DNA of 64,000 nucleotides from Flavobacteriaceae bacterium (lineage in GTDB: Bacteria > Bacteroidota > Bacteroidia > Flavobacteriales > Flavobacteriaceae). Below, piece after piece: positions 45,883-57,296 of the stretch (position 1 is its first letter; each line of letters opens with the position of its first letter). Both the position numbers and the translations under genes were made by a program. The notes beneath the pieces were generated by a model that was not told where the DNA came from, did no database searches, and saw only the letters and a list, made by a program, of their open reading frames with translations. The stretch spans positions 487,105 to 551,104 of the forward strand of contig JAYQMQ010000002.1 in the NCBI GenBank assembly GCA_038143795.1. The letters run 5' to 3'.

Positions 45883-46691
45883 TTTTAAAAACTCCAGAAG
45901 AAATTGAGCGCATCCGGGAAAGTGCATTGATTGTCTCCCAAACCTTAGGGATGCTTGCTTCAGAAATCAAACCAGGAGTAACCACTATTGCATTGGATCG
46001 CATGGCCGAAACCTTCATTCGGGATCACGATGGAGTGCCCGGTTTTTTGGGTTTGTATGATTTTCCCAATACACTCTGTGTGAGCCCCAATGCACAAGTA
46101 GTCCACGGCATCCCCAACGATATTCCCCTGCAAGAAGGCGATATTTTGTCTGTCGATTGTGGTGTATTAAAAAATGGATTCTACGGAGATCACGCCTATA
46201 CTTTTCCCGTAGGTGCAATTGAGGCTGAAGTTGACCGATTGCTTGCCGTAACCAAAGAATCTCTTTACCTCGGAATTGCGGAATTCAAAGCCAACAACCG
46301 GGTGGGGGACGTGGGACACGCCATCCAACAATATACGGAGGCAGCCGGGTATGGCGTGGTACGCGAATTGGTGGGGCATGGCCTTGGGGCCGTGATGCAC
46401 GAAGCCCCAGAAATGCCTAATTACGGCCGACGCGGACGAGGAAAACAATTTAAAGAAGGATTGGTTGTGGCCATAGAACCCATGATCAACCAAGGCACCA
46501 AACGCATCAAGCAGCTAAAGGACGGGTGGACGATCTTAACCGCCGATGGCAAAGCCAGTGCCCACTTCGAACACAATGTAGCAATTGTCAACGGACAACC
46601 CGAATTGCTCTCCACCTTCGATTACATCTATGACGCCTTGGGGATTCAAAGTAATGAAGAAGCCCCCTTCCGAAAAAACACAAGCCAATGA
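45879..46691 (+). CDS. map: type I methionine aminopeptidase
   Basis: Intact ORF with the metal-ligand pattern (DILSVDCG, GYYGDHAYTF, HGLG, AIEPMIN, FEHNV). ATGA overlaps at both ends. Confidence 0.92.
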   Translation: MILKTPEEIERIRESALIVSQTLGMLASEIKPGVTTIALDRMAETFIRDHDGVPGFLGLYDFPNTLCVSPNAQVVHGIPNDIPLQEGDILSVDCGVLKNGFYGDHAYTFPVGAIEAEVDRLLAVTKESLYLGIAEFKANNRVGDVGHAIQQYTEAAGYGVVRELVGHGLGAVMHEAPEMPNYGRRGRGKQFKEGLVVAIEPMINQGTKRIKQLKDGWTILTADGKASAHFEHNVAIVNGQPELLSTFDYIYDALGIQSNEEAPFRKNTSQ

Positions 46692-47435
46692 AAGGGATTC
46701 TTGCCCTGTTTCCCCGGCCTTTTTAATTCGGTTGAGCCTCTTCTTCCGACCCCTACTTCGGTGGTGGTTCCAAGGCGATCGCTTCGAAGACCCTATTGAC
46801 AGGAGAAGCTACCGGAAATTTCTTCCCTACGGCTACCGTCAGCTCCGCCCCAATGCGCTCTGTCCTGGTACCCTTTCCCTAGAACGAGACCGCTTGTTGT
46901 GGCTCTATCTGGATCGGCAAACCGATTTCCTAACAAAAAAACTGTGCGTGCTGCATGTCGCCCCCGAGCAAGCCTTTTTTCAACAGTTCAAGACCTTTTC
47001 GCATTGGGACTACACCACCACCGATTTGCACTCCCCCCTTGGCGGATGTCAAAGCCGATCTCACCGATCTCGCCTTTGCAGACGAGAGCTTCGATCTGAT
47101 CTTCTGCAACCACGTTCTAGAGCACATCCCCGAGGATGCCAAAGCCTGGCAGAACTCTATCGTATCCTACGAAAAGGCGGCACCGCCATCCTGCAGGTAC
47201 CCCTAGAGGAGGAGCGCATCACTACCTTCGAAGATACTTCCATCACCCACCCCAAAGAACGTTCTGAAGCCTTTGGCCAATACGACCATGTTCGCATTTA
47301 TGGACAAGACTATTACCAACGCCTAGCAGCAGCTGGTTTTCAAGTGCAGGCTGTAGATCTTTTCCCCAGCTGACCCAAGAAGAAATCCAGCGCTATGCCC
47401 TCCAAAAAGAACGCATCCCAGTGGGGGTGAAATAG
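46688..47435 (+). CDS. class I SAM-dependent methyltransferase (Methyltransf_11-like), interrupted
   Basis: VLHVAPE ... ADLTDLAFADESFDLIFCNHVLEHI ... LYRILRKGGTAILQVP spread over three frames. Stop TAG at 47433-47435. Confidence 0.7.
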
Positions 47436-47510
47436 TATGTTTTGAAAACCTCAAAGTGGCCACCCAAAATTCTAGCACATAGCTAGGCAAATAAAGGCAC
47501 GAGGAATTGT

Positions 47511-48507
47511 CTACCAGTTTTTTGACTGTATTACAGTAGTGTCAGAAGCTTGAGCAAGAACCCAGTAAGCAGCCAGCTCAGGGTCTTGGGCAATTAGAGC
47601 CTGCCCTTTTTCAAGGGGCAGCACCATCAGAGTAGTGGCGTAAGCATCAGCTGTCATGCAATTGGGAGCTCGTACCGAGGCACTAAGAATCTTGGATTGT
47701 ACCGGAAGTCAGTATGAGGATTGAGGCTGTGGACATACTTTACTCCTGTCAAAGAATCGATGCGGAACTTGCGGTAGTTTCCCGAGGTGGCCAAAGCTTC
47801 GTTTTTGAGGGGAAGAACGGTCTTTAATGTTCGCTCAATTCCTTGTTGTGGATCGTCTATAGCTACCTTCCAGGCTTGCATTGTTTTGGGATTGCTCCCG
47901 CTGGCCAACAATTCTCCACCAATCTCAATCAAAAAATTAACATAACCGACCTGGGTTAAATGAGAACCAATGACATCCACCATATAGCCTTTGGCTATGG
48001 CATTGAAGTCCATTTGGATTCCTTTGGATTTTTTTTCAATTCGGTGATCCTGCGTGAGATTGATTTTATCCCATCCGGTTAGGGCAAGGAGGCTATCCCG
48101 CTGAGAAGCACCCAGAATGGATAGCGGGCGTTGCGGGCCAAATCCGTAAGCATTCGCCAAGCTCCCTACCGTGGGGTCAAAAAAACCGTCACTGGCTTGC
48201 CATACCTGAGTTGCCTTATGAAAAACGGTTTTAAAGTGAGAATCGACCACTACATTCTCCTCACCATTATTTATTTTGGAAATATCCGAATCGGGACGGT
48301 AGGTGGATAAAGATTGGTTGATCACTTCAAAAAAAGACTATCAATGGTTTTTTGATTTTGAGCATACCGAAGGGCATTCCCTTGATATTGAATAATATAG
48401 GTGGTCCCCAGTGCTTGACCGCGATGTATTTGAAGTAGTTCTTCTGGGGAGCTACACCCAACAAATAAAAGGAGAATATAAAGATTAATGAATCTCCTGC
48501 AAGCCAT
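47511..48507 (-). CDS. apbE: FAD:protein FMN transferase ApbE, interrupted
   Basis: Lipobox LFVGCSS at the start (inside ORF 48322-48843). MSTYRPDSDISKIN-type motif (LSTYRPDSDISKINN) in ORF 47654-48325. The tail ...MTADAYATTLMVL is in another frame. Confidence 0.85.
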
Positions 48508-48843
48508 TGTAGTTGACCACATAAGGTTCTTTTTTTTTGAAAGAGGTTTTTCATAATCTTCTGCATGGGCAAAGCCAACCCCGGCATAATAGGTAAAGGC
48601 ATTGTATATTTCTGCGTGTTTTTTTACTTGAGTCATTAATTCCAGATCATATTCTTTTGGATTGGTTGGATAAAAACTAGCTTTAACCACCACAAAATGA
48701 AGTTTTTTTCTTTTTAGACATACAAATTGAGGGTCTTTCTTTAGTTTGGAATTGACAGCAAGAAATTCGAACCCGTCTTCTTTGAGGGCATCCCCTACAA
48801 CCTGCATCGCCATGTTGTGAATCTCTTGATTTGTCAACCCCAT
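48490..48843 (-). CDS. hypothetical ~117-aa protein upstream of apbE (fused to apbE as written)
   Basis: MGLTNQEIHNMAMQVVGDALKEDGFEFLAV...KKLHFVVVKA... One extra A in the A9 run (T9 at 48530-48538 on the plus strand) gives ...KKKEPYVVNYNGLQEIH-stop. Confidence 0.45.
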
Positions 48844-49508
48844 TCAATCTTACTTTGAAGCATTTCGCGCTAGACAAATTTATAAGAAACCCCTCAACAA
48901 ATAGTATTTATATAACATTTATACCACCTAAATCTTATCAATTATGAAACCCTATCTATCCAAAGATTCAACATCCCCTATATTTATCCCTACCAATAGC
49001 TACCTAGTAGGCTATTTAAAGTCTCATTAATCGATACCTATCGAATGTAGCTTCAATAAACCATACTCACTCAAAAAAAAGTGATTATTGAAAGTAGTTC
49101 TGTGCTTATTAGTGATATTATTTGTGAAAATCTTATTCTTTCTAGGATTTTCAAGGGGAATGATTCAAGTATACAAAGTAAAGTGTACACCTCTATGTTT
49201 AACAATCTCACTGATACAAACTCTGACTTTATCGTATAAATTCAGAAAAGATCCGTTTTGAACAAAGTTCGAAAACAATTGGAGGGATAAAAACGGATAT
49301 CGGTCTTTCAAGGTCGAACTTCTCACCACTATAAGTGATTGCTTCTACGAGAATGTCTACACAAGAGGAAAAAAACCAAATCTGAATTTACAGCTCAATT
49401 CAAAATATTAAATCAAAAAATTGATCAAGCTCCCAAGGTGAATAAAACAGTCTTTGTTTCAATAAAAAAGCATCAATAACAGCAGGGTCTCGTATAGCCT
49501 TGTATTGA

Positions 49509-50801
49509 TTATCCTCCAAAGTCGTCGAAACGAACATTTTCTGGTGGGACTCCAAAGTCATCTGCCATTTTTTCAACCGCCTGGTTCATCAAAGGAGGGC
49601 CACAGAAATAAACTTCAATATCTTCTGGGGCTTCGTGATGATTTAAGTAATTGTCTATGGCGACTTGATGGACAAAGCCAATAAATCCGTCTCCTTCCCC
49701 ATCCAATCCATCTTTCACTTTCCAGTTGTCTTCTTCCAAAGGCTCGGAAAGTGCTATGTAAAATTTAAAATTGGGATAGTCTTTTTCTAGAGCGCGGAAA
49801 TGATCTACATAGAAAAGTTCGCGTTTGGAACGTCCGCCATACCAAAAAGTAACCTTTCGACCTGTTTTAAGGGTCCGAAACAGTTCATAAAGATGAGAGC
49901 GCATGGGAGCCATTCCTGCACCCCCAACATACATCATCTCTGATTCGGAATGATTGATGAAAAATTCTCCATAGGGACCTGAAATAGTTACGTTATCCCC
50001 TGCTTTTTTTGAGAAAATATAGGAGGAGGCTACTCCTGGGTTGACATTCATCCAGTTATTTTTAGCCCGATCCCAAGGAGGAGTCGCTATTCGAACATTC
50101 AGCATAATCTCACGCCCTTCAGCTGGGAATGAAGCCATGGAATAGGCGCGCTCAACGGTCTCTCCATTTTTCATTGTAAGCGGCCACAAGTTAAATTTAT
50201 CCCACTCTAATTTGAATTTATCAGGCTCGCCCGGATGCTCCTCAGGATGCGCAGTAATATCCATATCTTGATATTTAACCTCGCATTGAGGAATCTCTAT
50301 CTGAATATACCCTCCCGCTTTGTAATCCATCGCTTCGGGAATTTCAACCACAAATTCTTTGATAAAAGAAGCAACATTGTAGTTTCTTACCACTTTAGCT
50401 TCCCATTTTTTGATTCCAAAAACCTCTTCTGGGACTTGGATAACCATATCTTCTTTCACCTTGACCTGACATCCCAAACGCCATCCTTCGGCAATTTCTT
50501 TTCTAGTAAAATGGGGCGCTTCTGTGGGAAGAATTTCTCCTCCCCCATCTAAAATTTGGCATTTGCATTGAATGCAAGTTCCCCCACCACCACAAGCAGA
50601 GGGCAAAAATATTTTGTTGTTTCCGAGGGTTGACAACAGCGTTCCTCCCGAACCTACTTCAACATCTGTCTCTCCGTTGATTTTTAACATTACAGGACCT
50701 GAAGGCAATAGTTTGGCTTTGGCTCCCAATAACATCCCTACTAAAACAAAGGTGATGGTTAAAAATACTACGATACTCGCTATAATTACTGTACTGTCCA
50801 T
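49509..50801 (-). CDS. nqrF: Na+-translocating NADH-quinone reductase subunit F
   Basis: Intact ORF with an N-terminal TM segment, 2Fe-2S ferredoxin cysteines ([12 protein letters not shown]) and an FAD/NADH-binding domain. Confidence 0.95.
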   Translation of the reverse strand: MDSTVIIASIVVFLTITFVLVGMLLGAKAKLLPSGPVMLKINGETDVEVGSGGTLLSTLGNNKIFLPSACGGGGTCIQCKCQILDGGGEILPTEAPHFTRKEIAEGWRLGCQVKVKEDMVIQVPEEVFGIKKWEAKVVRNYNVASFIKEFVVEIPEAMDYKAGGYIQIEIPQCEVKYQDMDITAHPEEHPGEPDKFKLEWDKFNLWPLTMKNGETVERAYSMASFPAEGREIMLNVRIATPPWDRAKNNWMNVNPGVASSYIFSKKAGDNVTISGPYGEFFINHSESEMMYVGGAGMAPMRSHLYELFRTLKTGRKVTFWYGGRSKRELFYVDHFRALEKDYPNFKFYIALSEPLEEDNWKVKDGLDGEGDGFIGFVHQVAIDNYLNHHEAPEDIEVYFCGPPLMNQAVEKMADDFGVPPENVRFDDFGG

Positions 50802-50804
50802 TTC

Positions 50805-51422
50805 TTATAATTTAATCCCCATAAAACTCATAAAACCTAATGCCATCAATCCGGTGATGATGAATGTAATCCCTAGACCCCGTAATGGAGCCGGTACATT
50901 GGAATAGGTTATTTTCTCTCGAATCGCAGCAATGGCAACAATAGCCAACAACCATCCAATTCCTGAACCCAATCCATAGACCGCCGATTCACTCACCCCG
51001 GCAAAATCTTTTTGTTGCATAAACAACGAGCCTCCCAAAATAGCACAGTTCACAGCAATCAATGGGAGAAAAATTCCAAGGGCACCGTACAAAGCGGGGG
51101 CAAATTTCTCTACAATCATTTCAACTAATTGAACCATAGAAGCAATAACTGCGATAAACATAATGAAACTTAAAAAGCTCAAATCGATTTCGGCAAATTC
51201 TGCCCCCAACCATTGCAAGGCTCCAGGCCGGAGCAAATACGTGTCCAATAAAAAGTTAATGGGAACAGTAATGGCCAAAACAAAAATGACGGCAAAACCG
51301 AGCCCAACAGCTGTCTTTACTGTTTTGGATACGGCCAAATAAGAACACATACCCAAGAAATATGCAAATATCATGTTCTCAATAAAGATACTTTTGACGA
51401 ATAAGTTCAAATAGGATTCCAT
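50805..51422 (-). CDS. nqrE: Na+-NQR subunit E
   Basis: Intact polytopic membrane protein in the conserved operon position. Confidence 0.9.
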   Translation of the reverse strand: MESYLNLFVKSIFIENMIFAYFLGMCSYLAVSKTVKTAVGLGFAVIFVLAITVPINFLLDTYLLRPGALQWLGAEFAEIDLSFLSFIMFIAVIASMVQLVEMIVEKFAPALYGALGIFLPLIAVNCAILGGSLFMQQKDFAGVSESAVYGLGSGIGWLLAIVAIAAIREKITYSNVPAPLRGLGITFIITGLMALGFMSFMGIKL

Positions 51423-51428
51423 AGCGTC

Positions 51429-52124
51429 TTAGTTTTTTTCAATTAAACCTCGGTTTCGAGAACGTTGAATCCAAATAAAAATTCCAACTGTGATTAGGGC
51501 CATAGGTGAAAGCAACATCAAACCATTATTGACATAGCCCATCTCGTATACCGTATCTGGAATTACTTGTATTCCAAACAGCTTTCCAGAACCGAGTAAT
51601 TCTCTAAAAAAAGCTACAACAATAAGAATGAATCCATATCCCGCTGCATTTCCAATCCCATCAAGAAAGGATTTCCAAACACCATTGCCCAAGGCAAAGG
51701 CTTCTAAGCGTCCCATCACAATACAATTGGTAATAATCAATCCAATAAAAATGGATAATTCTTTACTGACATCATACGCAAAAGCTCGCAATACCTGATC
51801 CACCAGAATAACCATAGAGGCCACAACTACCAACTGCACAATTATTCGAATCCTATTGGGGATTAAATTTCGCAACAAGGAAATGATCACATTACTAGCC
51901 GCCATTACAGCCATTACAGAGACACTCATCACAACAGCGGGCTTCAACTGAACAGTGATCGCTAAAGCGGAACAGATACCCAATACCTGAACAGTAATGG
52001 GGTTGTTGTCATCCATTGGGTCGGTGAGCAAAGCCCTGTTCTTTTTTGAGAAAATGGGCTCTCTCTCATCAGCTACAAATAGAATACTGGGCTCTTTTGT
52101 GGAATTTTTATTGGTATTTACCAT
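51429..52124 (-). CDS. nqrD: Na+-NQR subunit D
   Basis: Intact polytopic membrane protein with NqrD/RnfE-like sequence (LGICSALA). Confidence 0.9.
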   Translation of the reverse strand: MVNTNKNSTKEPSILFVADEREPIFSKKNRALLTDPMDDNNPITVQVLGICSALAITVQLKPAVVMSVSVMAVMAASNVIISLLRNLIPNRIRIIVQLVVVASMVILVDQVLRAFAYDVSKELSIFIGLIITNCIVMGRLEAFALGNGVWKSFLDGIGNAAGYGFILIVVAFFRELLGSGKLFGIQVIPDTVYEMGYVNNGLMLLSPMALITVGIFIWIQRSRNRGLIEKN

Positions 52125-52132
52125 GGTTCTAA

Positions 52133-52861
52133 TTAGTTTACGACTACTGTATTGTTTTCTTGATTGAAATAGGGCAAGTAATGTTGCAATTGCTCATAGA
52201 TCATCTCGGTCACTCCATCACCGGTAATTGTAGCACCTGAAATGGCATCAACTTCATGATCATTTTTATCACTATCGTTTGGGTCATTATTGGTTTTTGA
52301 AACATTGATCCCTACCAATTGCCCGCTATTATCAAAAACTTTTTCTTCTTTAAAGCGGTCTTGAAACCATTGCTGTGTAATTTCTGCACCCAATCCAGCC
52401 GTTTCGCCTTTATGATCGAATACTGCTCCTTTGATCGTGTTTTTATCGTTTTTCAAAGCAATGTATCCCCAAATGGCATCCCAGAGTCCAGCTCCACGAA
52501 GCGGTATGATATAGTATTTATCGGAGGCTACTTCTGCGATGTAAAGGGGAAAACGTTGTTCCAATTCCGGTTTTTTAATTTCATTATTCAACCTGAGGGT
52601 AAAGGCGTCAATGGCTTGATCTACGTTCCCAGTGGCGGTGAGTGCCAGTTCTTTCTTGATATACTGTGTGTAGAGACCCTCGGCTTGTTCTCGATCGGTT
52701 TCAATCCCGATAGTGGCAAGAATATTTTGCATTTTTTCTTTGCGAATATTGTCGGCCTGCAGCGATTTAAGCGAGGTCGCCGTGAAAGCCAAGGAAGATG
52801 CTACCACCAATACCAATGCGGCAGCAAATAAAAAAGTATATACGTTGCTATCTCTATTCAT
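52133..52861 (-). CDS. nqrC: Na+-NQR subunit C
   Basis: Intact ORF with an N-terminal TM segment and the FMN attachment motif SGATITG. Confidence 0.9.
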   Translation of the reverse strand: MNRDSNVYTFLFAAALVLVVASSLAFTATSLKSLQADNIRKEKMQNILATIGIETDREQAEGLYTQYIKKELALTATGNVDQAIDAFTLRLNNEIKKPELEQRFPLYIAEVASDKYYIIPLRGAGLWDAIWGYIALKNDKNTIKGAVFDHKGETAGLGAEITQQWFQDRFKEEKVFDNSGQLVGINVSKTNNDPNDSDKNDHEVDAISGATITGDGVTEMIYEQLQHYLPYFNQENNTVVVN

Positions 52862-52865
52862 GGGG

Positions 52866-54023
52866 CTATGCTGTTTTGAGTTGGCTTGTGGCCCAACGTT
52901 TTTTTCTGCGGTTTATATTATTTTGGATAACATAATGATCGATGGTGGGGGCAAAGACATTCATCAGAAGAATGGCTAGCATCACCCCTTCAGGATAGGC
53001 TGGGTTGAAGACTCTAATCATAATACAAAATATTCCTACTAAAATTCCATAAATCCATTTGCCCTGAGTGGTCTGTGCCGCCGATACTGGATCGGTTGCC
53101 ATAAATACAATTCCAAAAGCAAAGCCGCCTACAATTAGATGATTCATCCAATTAAAACTCATCAATGCATTGGTTCCCCATAGATTAAACAATAGGCCCA
53201 TGATAGCTGCTCCGAGAACCCCTCCAACCATAATTCGCCAACTACCAACACCAGTTCCAATCAGAATTAAAGCACCCACTAATACCCAAAGCGTAGAGGT
53301 TTCAGCAATAGATCCTGGGATTGAGCCTTGAAACATTTCAAACATGGAGTAGTTCACCGTCTGCCCAGCAGCCAAAGTCCCTAAGATCGTTTCCCCTGAA
53401 ATGGCGTCAACATTGGTGGCTTCCGAAACCCACACTTTATTACCAGACATATAGGTGGGATAGGCAAAGAAGGCAAAAGCCCGAGCGGTTAGGGCTGGAT
53501 TCAAAATATTCATTCCCGTTCCTCCAAATGCTTCTTTGGCAATGAGCACGGCAAAAGCCACGGATATCGCTACCATCCATAGAGGAATATCCACTGGCAT
53601 AATCATTGGTATGAGCATGCCTGTGACCAAATACCCCTCATTCACTTCATGTCCTCTGTATACGGCAAAAGCAAATTCAATAGTGAGCCCAACGACATAG
53701 GAAACAATAATCATTGGAACAATTTTAAAAGCTCCGTGCAAGAAAGCTTCCAAGAAGGTAAAAGGAGCTCCCGTTTGTATAAAGTATTGATACCCTGTAT
53801 TGTATATTCCATAAATCAAAACGGGTAAGAGGGCTATTATTACAGTTACCATCGTTCGTTTTAAGTCAACAGCATCGCGAATATGTGCCCCTTTCTTTGT
53901 TGTGTGATTGGGAACAAACAAAAAGGTATCAAAAGCATTAATTGCTGGAGCAAAACGCTCCCATTTTTCCCCTTTGGCAAAAGGTCGTTTTAGATTGTCT
54001 AATTGTTTTCTTACAAATTTCAT
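52866..54023 (-). CDS. nqrB: Na+-NQR subunit B
   Basis: Intact polytopic ORF with an FMN attachment-like motif (ISGETILG) in the operon position. Confidence 0.9.
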   Translation of the reverse strand: MKFVRKQLDNLKRPFAKGEKWERFAPAINAFDTFLFVPNHTTKKGAHIRDAVDLKRTMVTVIIALLPVLIYGIYNTGYQYFIQTGAPFTFLEAFLHGAFKIVPMIIVSYVVGLTIEFAFAVYRGHEVNEGYLVTGMLIPMIMPVDIPLWMVAISVAFAVLIAKEAFGGTGMNILNPALTARAFAFFAYPTYMSGNKVWVSEATNVDAISGETILGTLAAGQTVNYSMFEMFQGSIPGSIAETSTLWVLVGALILIGTGVGSWRIMVGGVLGAAIMGLLFNLWGTNALMSFNWMNHLIVGGFAFGIVFMATDPVSAAQTTQGKWIYGILVGIFCIMIRVFNPAYPEGVMLAILLMNVFAPTIDHYVIQNNINRRKKRWATSQLKTA

Positions 54024-54034
54024 ACATTTAATTT

Positions 54035-55379
54035 TTATCCTACTTCTTTTATCATCAACGCTAACGCATCTTTTATTATTTCTTGCGCCTCTATCTTCGA
54101 TGTGTTGGTATAGTCAACCAATCCAAAATCTTCAGGGACGACTTCATAAATACCCAAGGCTTCCATCTTCTCAATATCCCCCATTAGGCAAGCTTTAATC
54201 AGCTGCATAGGAAATATTTCCATAGGGAAGACTCTCTCCATTTCACCGGTGACTACTAAGGCACGTTCTTCTCCATTAAGATTGGTGTTTACATCAAATT
54301 TCTTTTTCCAAATATCCAAGAGAAAGAAGTTTTGGATAAACTGGGAATATGATTGTCCACAAAGGCAACCAACCAAACATTCTAAATTGATTACCTTCAG
54401 GAATAACTGTCAACAAATTATTGAAATAGCCCAGAAAGCCATTTTCATCAGTTGATGTTCCTGTCAGCACATCGCCATTGATGTAGCGGTTGGGATGGGT
54501 CTGACGCACCCCATACTTTTGCAATAATGCAGTGATCTGAACAACAAGTGTTGTGAGGAAATATTTAGGAGCTTCTACAGAGCTACCAGCAACAGCCACG
54601 GTTCTTTTGGAGAAAATTTGCCTGTTTTGAGGAAGGCCCCAATATTTGCAACATCTTCAGGACGAATCGTCCACACACATTCACCCATATTCAAGGGGGC
54701 CATTTTGTGGATTTGAACACTGAGATTCCCTGCTGGATGAGGTCCCTGGACTGGAGTATAGGTCACATTCTCAATGGTTTCAAAAAATCCGCCAAAAGAA
54801 GACTCTCCGCTTAAAAATATTTCTGGAACCAATCGATTCAAAAAATCAATTCCCAACTGAAAATCTTCTTTATTATTTTTAAGTAAAAAGTCAAAATCTA
54901 CCTCTAGGGGTGCCGACGCATAAGTGGATATAAATAGGGCCTTCGGTGTGGCATCAGGTTTGGCTACAATCCCATAGGGTCGCTGCCCAATAAAAGGCCA
55001 GTTTCAGAATTCAATAAAAGATCTATAGCCTCCTCGCGATTGAGTTTATCCCAATGGGTTGTTTTGTGTTGGACAGTTTTGTCGCCTTGGGCATTAAAAA
55101 TTAAAGCTTCAATTTTTCGTTTGGGTCCCCGTTGAATTTCTTGCAAGGTCCCCGCAACTGGCGCCACAAACTTAATTTTGGGGTTATTTTTGTCAAAAAA
55201 AATAGCTTCCCTTTTGCTACTGATGCGCCTTCTTTCACTAAAAGTTTGGGCGTTACACCAAAGAAATCGTCAGGTTGAATTGCAAGAAGTGGACTGTTTT
55301 GGTATTCTTTTATTATCTTTTCAGCCTCACCATTTAAATTGATGGTTGCCCCTCTTCGGGTACGAATGCCTTTGGACAT
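54035..55379 (-). CDS. nqrA: Na+-NQR subunit A, broken into five collinear pieces
   Basis: MSKGIRTRRG... start inside ORF 55101-55406. The remaining pieces are 54964-55167, 54575-54856, 54294-54599 and 54035-54376. One junction lies at the A8 run 55195-55202. Confidence 0.88.
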
Positions 55380-55491
55380 TGAATCAAATTTTCTAAAATC
55401 ATTCAAATTTACTAATTATGCTTGTGGAGGTAAAGCGAATGTAAGGCATTCCTTCTTATTTATAAATAATCTAAATAACTGTTTAACTCCC

Positions 55492-56785
55492 ATGCATTTT
55501 TCAAACCACTTACTTTCTTATGCCGTTTGGTTTTTTTGCCTTTACAGTACAGTGTTTATTGGGATCAACCCATTCTTTCAAACTGTTAGCGCTCAGGAAA
55601 ATTTTGAACAACCCCCCCCTGATTTTATCAAATCCATAGTCTTTAAATCTTCCAACCCAGAAATTCAATTTCCTATTTTAGAAAAAGATTCTCCTTTTGT
55701 CCTAGAATTTGATGATTTACAAGCCATTGATGCCGATTATTATTATAAAATCACCTATTTCGACCACGATTGGACCCCATCCAACCTATTTAAAAATGAA
55801 TACCTGCAGGGCTTTGATAATCTACGTATCGAAGATTTTAGAAGCTCCACCAACACATTGCAACGGTATACCCACTATCGGCTTCAGCTGCCCAACGAGG
55901 ACACTCAGTTTTTTGCTCTCGGGAAATTACCTTTTGAGTATCTATGACAGCGATGATGCTTTGGTTTTTTCTAGACGGTTTTTGGTTCTTGAAAGAGAAG
56001 CTGAAGTAGCTGTTGGGATATTCCGCACCCGTTCACTCGATTATTTCAATACTCATCAAAGTGTCCAATTCTCAATAACTCCTAAAGAAAGGGCCTTTCG
56101 AGATCCTGAACGTCAATTGAAAGTAGTGGTTATTCAAAATGAAAATTGGAACACCTTTATTAGTACATTAAAACCCCAATATTTCAATTCTACCTCTTTG
56201 GAGTATCGTTACGATGAACAAAGCCGATTCCCGGGGGGGAATGAATTTCTATTTTTTGACACAAAAGACCTCCGAGTGAGTTCACCTAGCGTGAGTTTTG
56301 TGGAGCGAACCGACCGGTATGACATCTTTTTATATACAGACATTCTCAGAGCCAACCTGCCTTACACTCTCTTTCCAGACATCAATGGCGACTTTGAAAT
56401 ACGAACTGTTCAAGGTACTCAGGATGAAGCAATAGAGGCTGATTATGCACGGGTTCATTTCAGTTTATCTGCTTTGGCAGAAATCCCCAATACACAAGTC
56501 TATGTGGTAGGAAAGTTCAACAACTATGAGCTGGATAAGAACTCAAGAATGATATACAATCAGGGATTAAACGCCTATGAAGCTAGCTTACTCCTCAAAC
56601 AGGGTTTTTATAATTATAGCTATGTAGTGGAGTCAGAACAGGGAATTGATCCGAATGCTATTGGAGGGAATTTTGCACAGACGGAAAACCGTTATCTGGT
56701 TCTCGTGTATTATAGAAATTTTGGAGATTTAAACGATCGCCTCATTGGAGTGGGGAGTGGTTCTTCTTTTCAATTACTGAATTAA
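55492..56785 (+). CDS. DUF5103-type protein (T9SS plug-protein family as I recall it), one frame break
   Basis: A signal-like N-terminus, then YYYKITYFDHDWTPSNLFKNEYLQGFDN...YTHYRLQLPNED and SGNYLLSIYD. The halves join if T6 at 55909-55914 is T5. Confidence 0.6.
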
Positions 56786-56859
56786 GTAAAAAAAATCGCT
56801 TATTGGTTGATTTTCAAGTATTTTTAGTAAATTAGTAGGGATGTTTGGTCGGTTCAACT

Positions 56860-57246
56860 ATGTTACAACAAGTCACTCGTGGTATCAAAATTTCTGTCGC
56901 AACTTCTTTTAATGGAAGTTATGTTAAAAACTACGTCAAACATTACGCCTTCTCTTATAACATACGAATCGAAAATAAAAGCAAAAATTCTGTACAACTA
57001 TTGACTCGTCATTGGAAAATAATGGAAGGTCACAATGGTCCTCAATACGTTAATGGTGCTGGAGTTGTAGGAAAAAAACCTGTGATAAATCCAGGTGAAG
57101 AATACGAATACAGTTCGGGTTGCCTATTGACCTCACCGCTTGGAGCAATGAAAGGATCCTATATTATGATTGATTTTGCAAGTACCAAAAAATTCCACGT
57201 AGAAGTCCCAACCTTTAAATTGGCCGCTCCTTTTGTGCTAAACTAG
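56860..57246 (+). CDS. apaG: ApaG (DUF525) protein
   Basis: TRGIKISV...YAFSYNIRIEN...VQLLTRHWKI...GAGVVGKKPVINPGEEYEYSSG pattern. Confidence 0.85.
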   Translation: MLQQVTRGIKISVATSFNGSYVKNYVKHYAFSYNIRIENKSKNSVQLLTRHWKIMEGHNGPQYVNGAGVVGKKPVINPGEEYEYSSGCLLTSPLGAMKGSYIMIDFASTKKFHVEVPTFKLAAPFVLN

Positions 57247-57296
57247 TCGCTATTCTTTTCTAATTTTTTAGCATCTTTACCCTATAATTTTGCTCT

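Noticed and set aside
46688-47435. GC-rich (55%) methyltransferase gene as a horizontally acquired insert.
   Set aside because: Spot counts in the neighbouring core genes are equally high (map 58%, gpmI 57% at 44341-44400). The whole 43.8-47.6 kb block is GC-rich, so the methyltransferase does not stand out locally. It is also start/stop-coupled to map (ATGA at 46688-46691).
49251-49298. 9-bp stem ATCCGTTTT/AAAACGGAT with a nested GAAC/GTTC hairpin as a riboswitch or sRNA.
   Set aside because: It is short and AT-rich, has no adjacent T-run, and has no recognisable riboswitch core. I mention it only inside the spacer finding.
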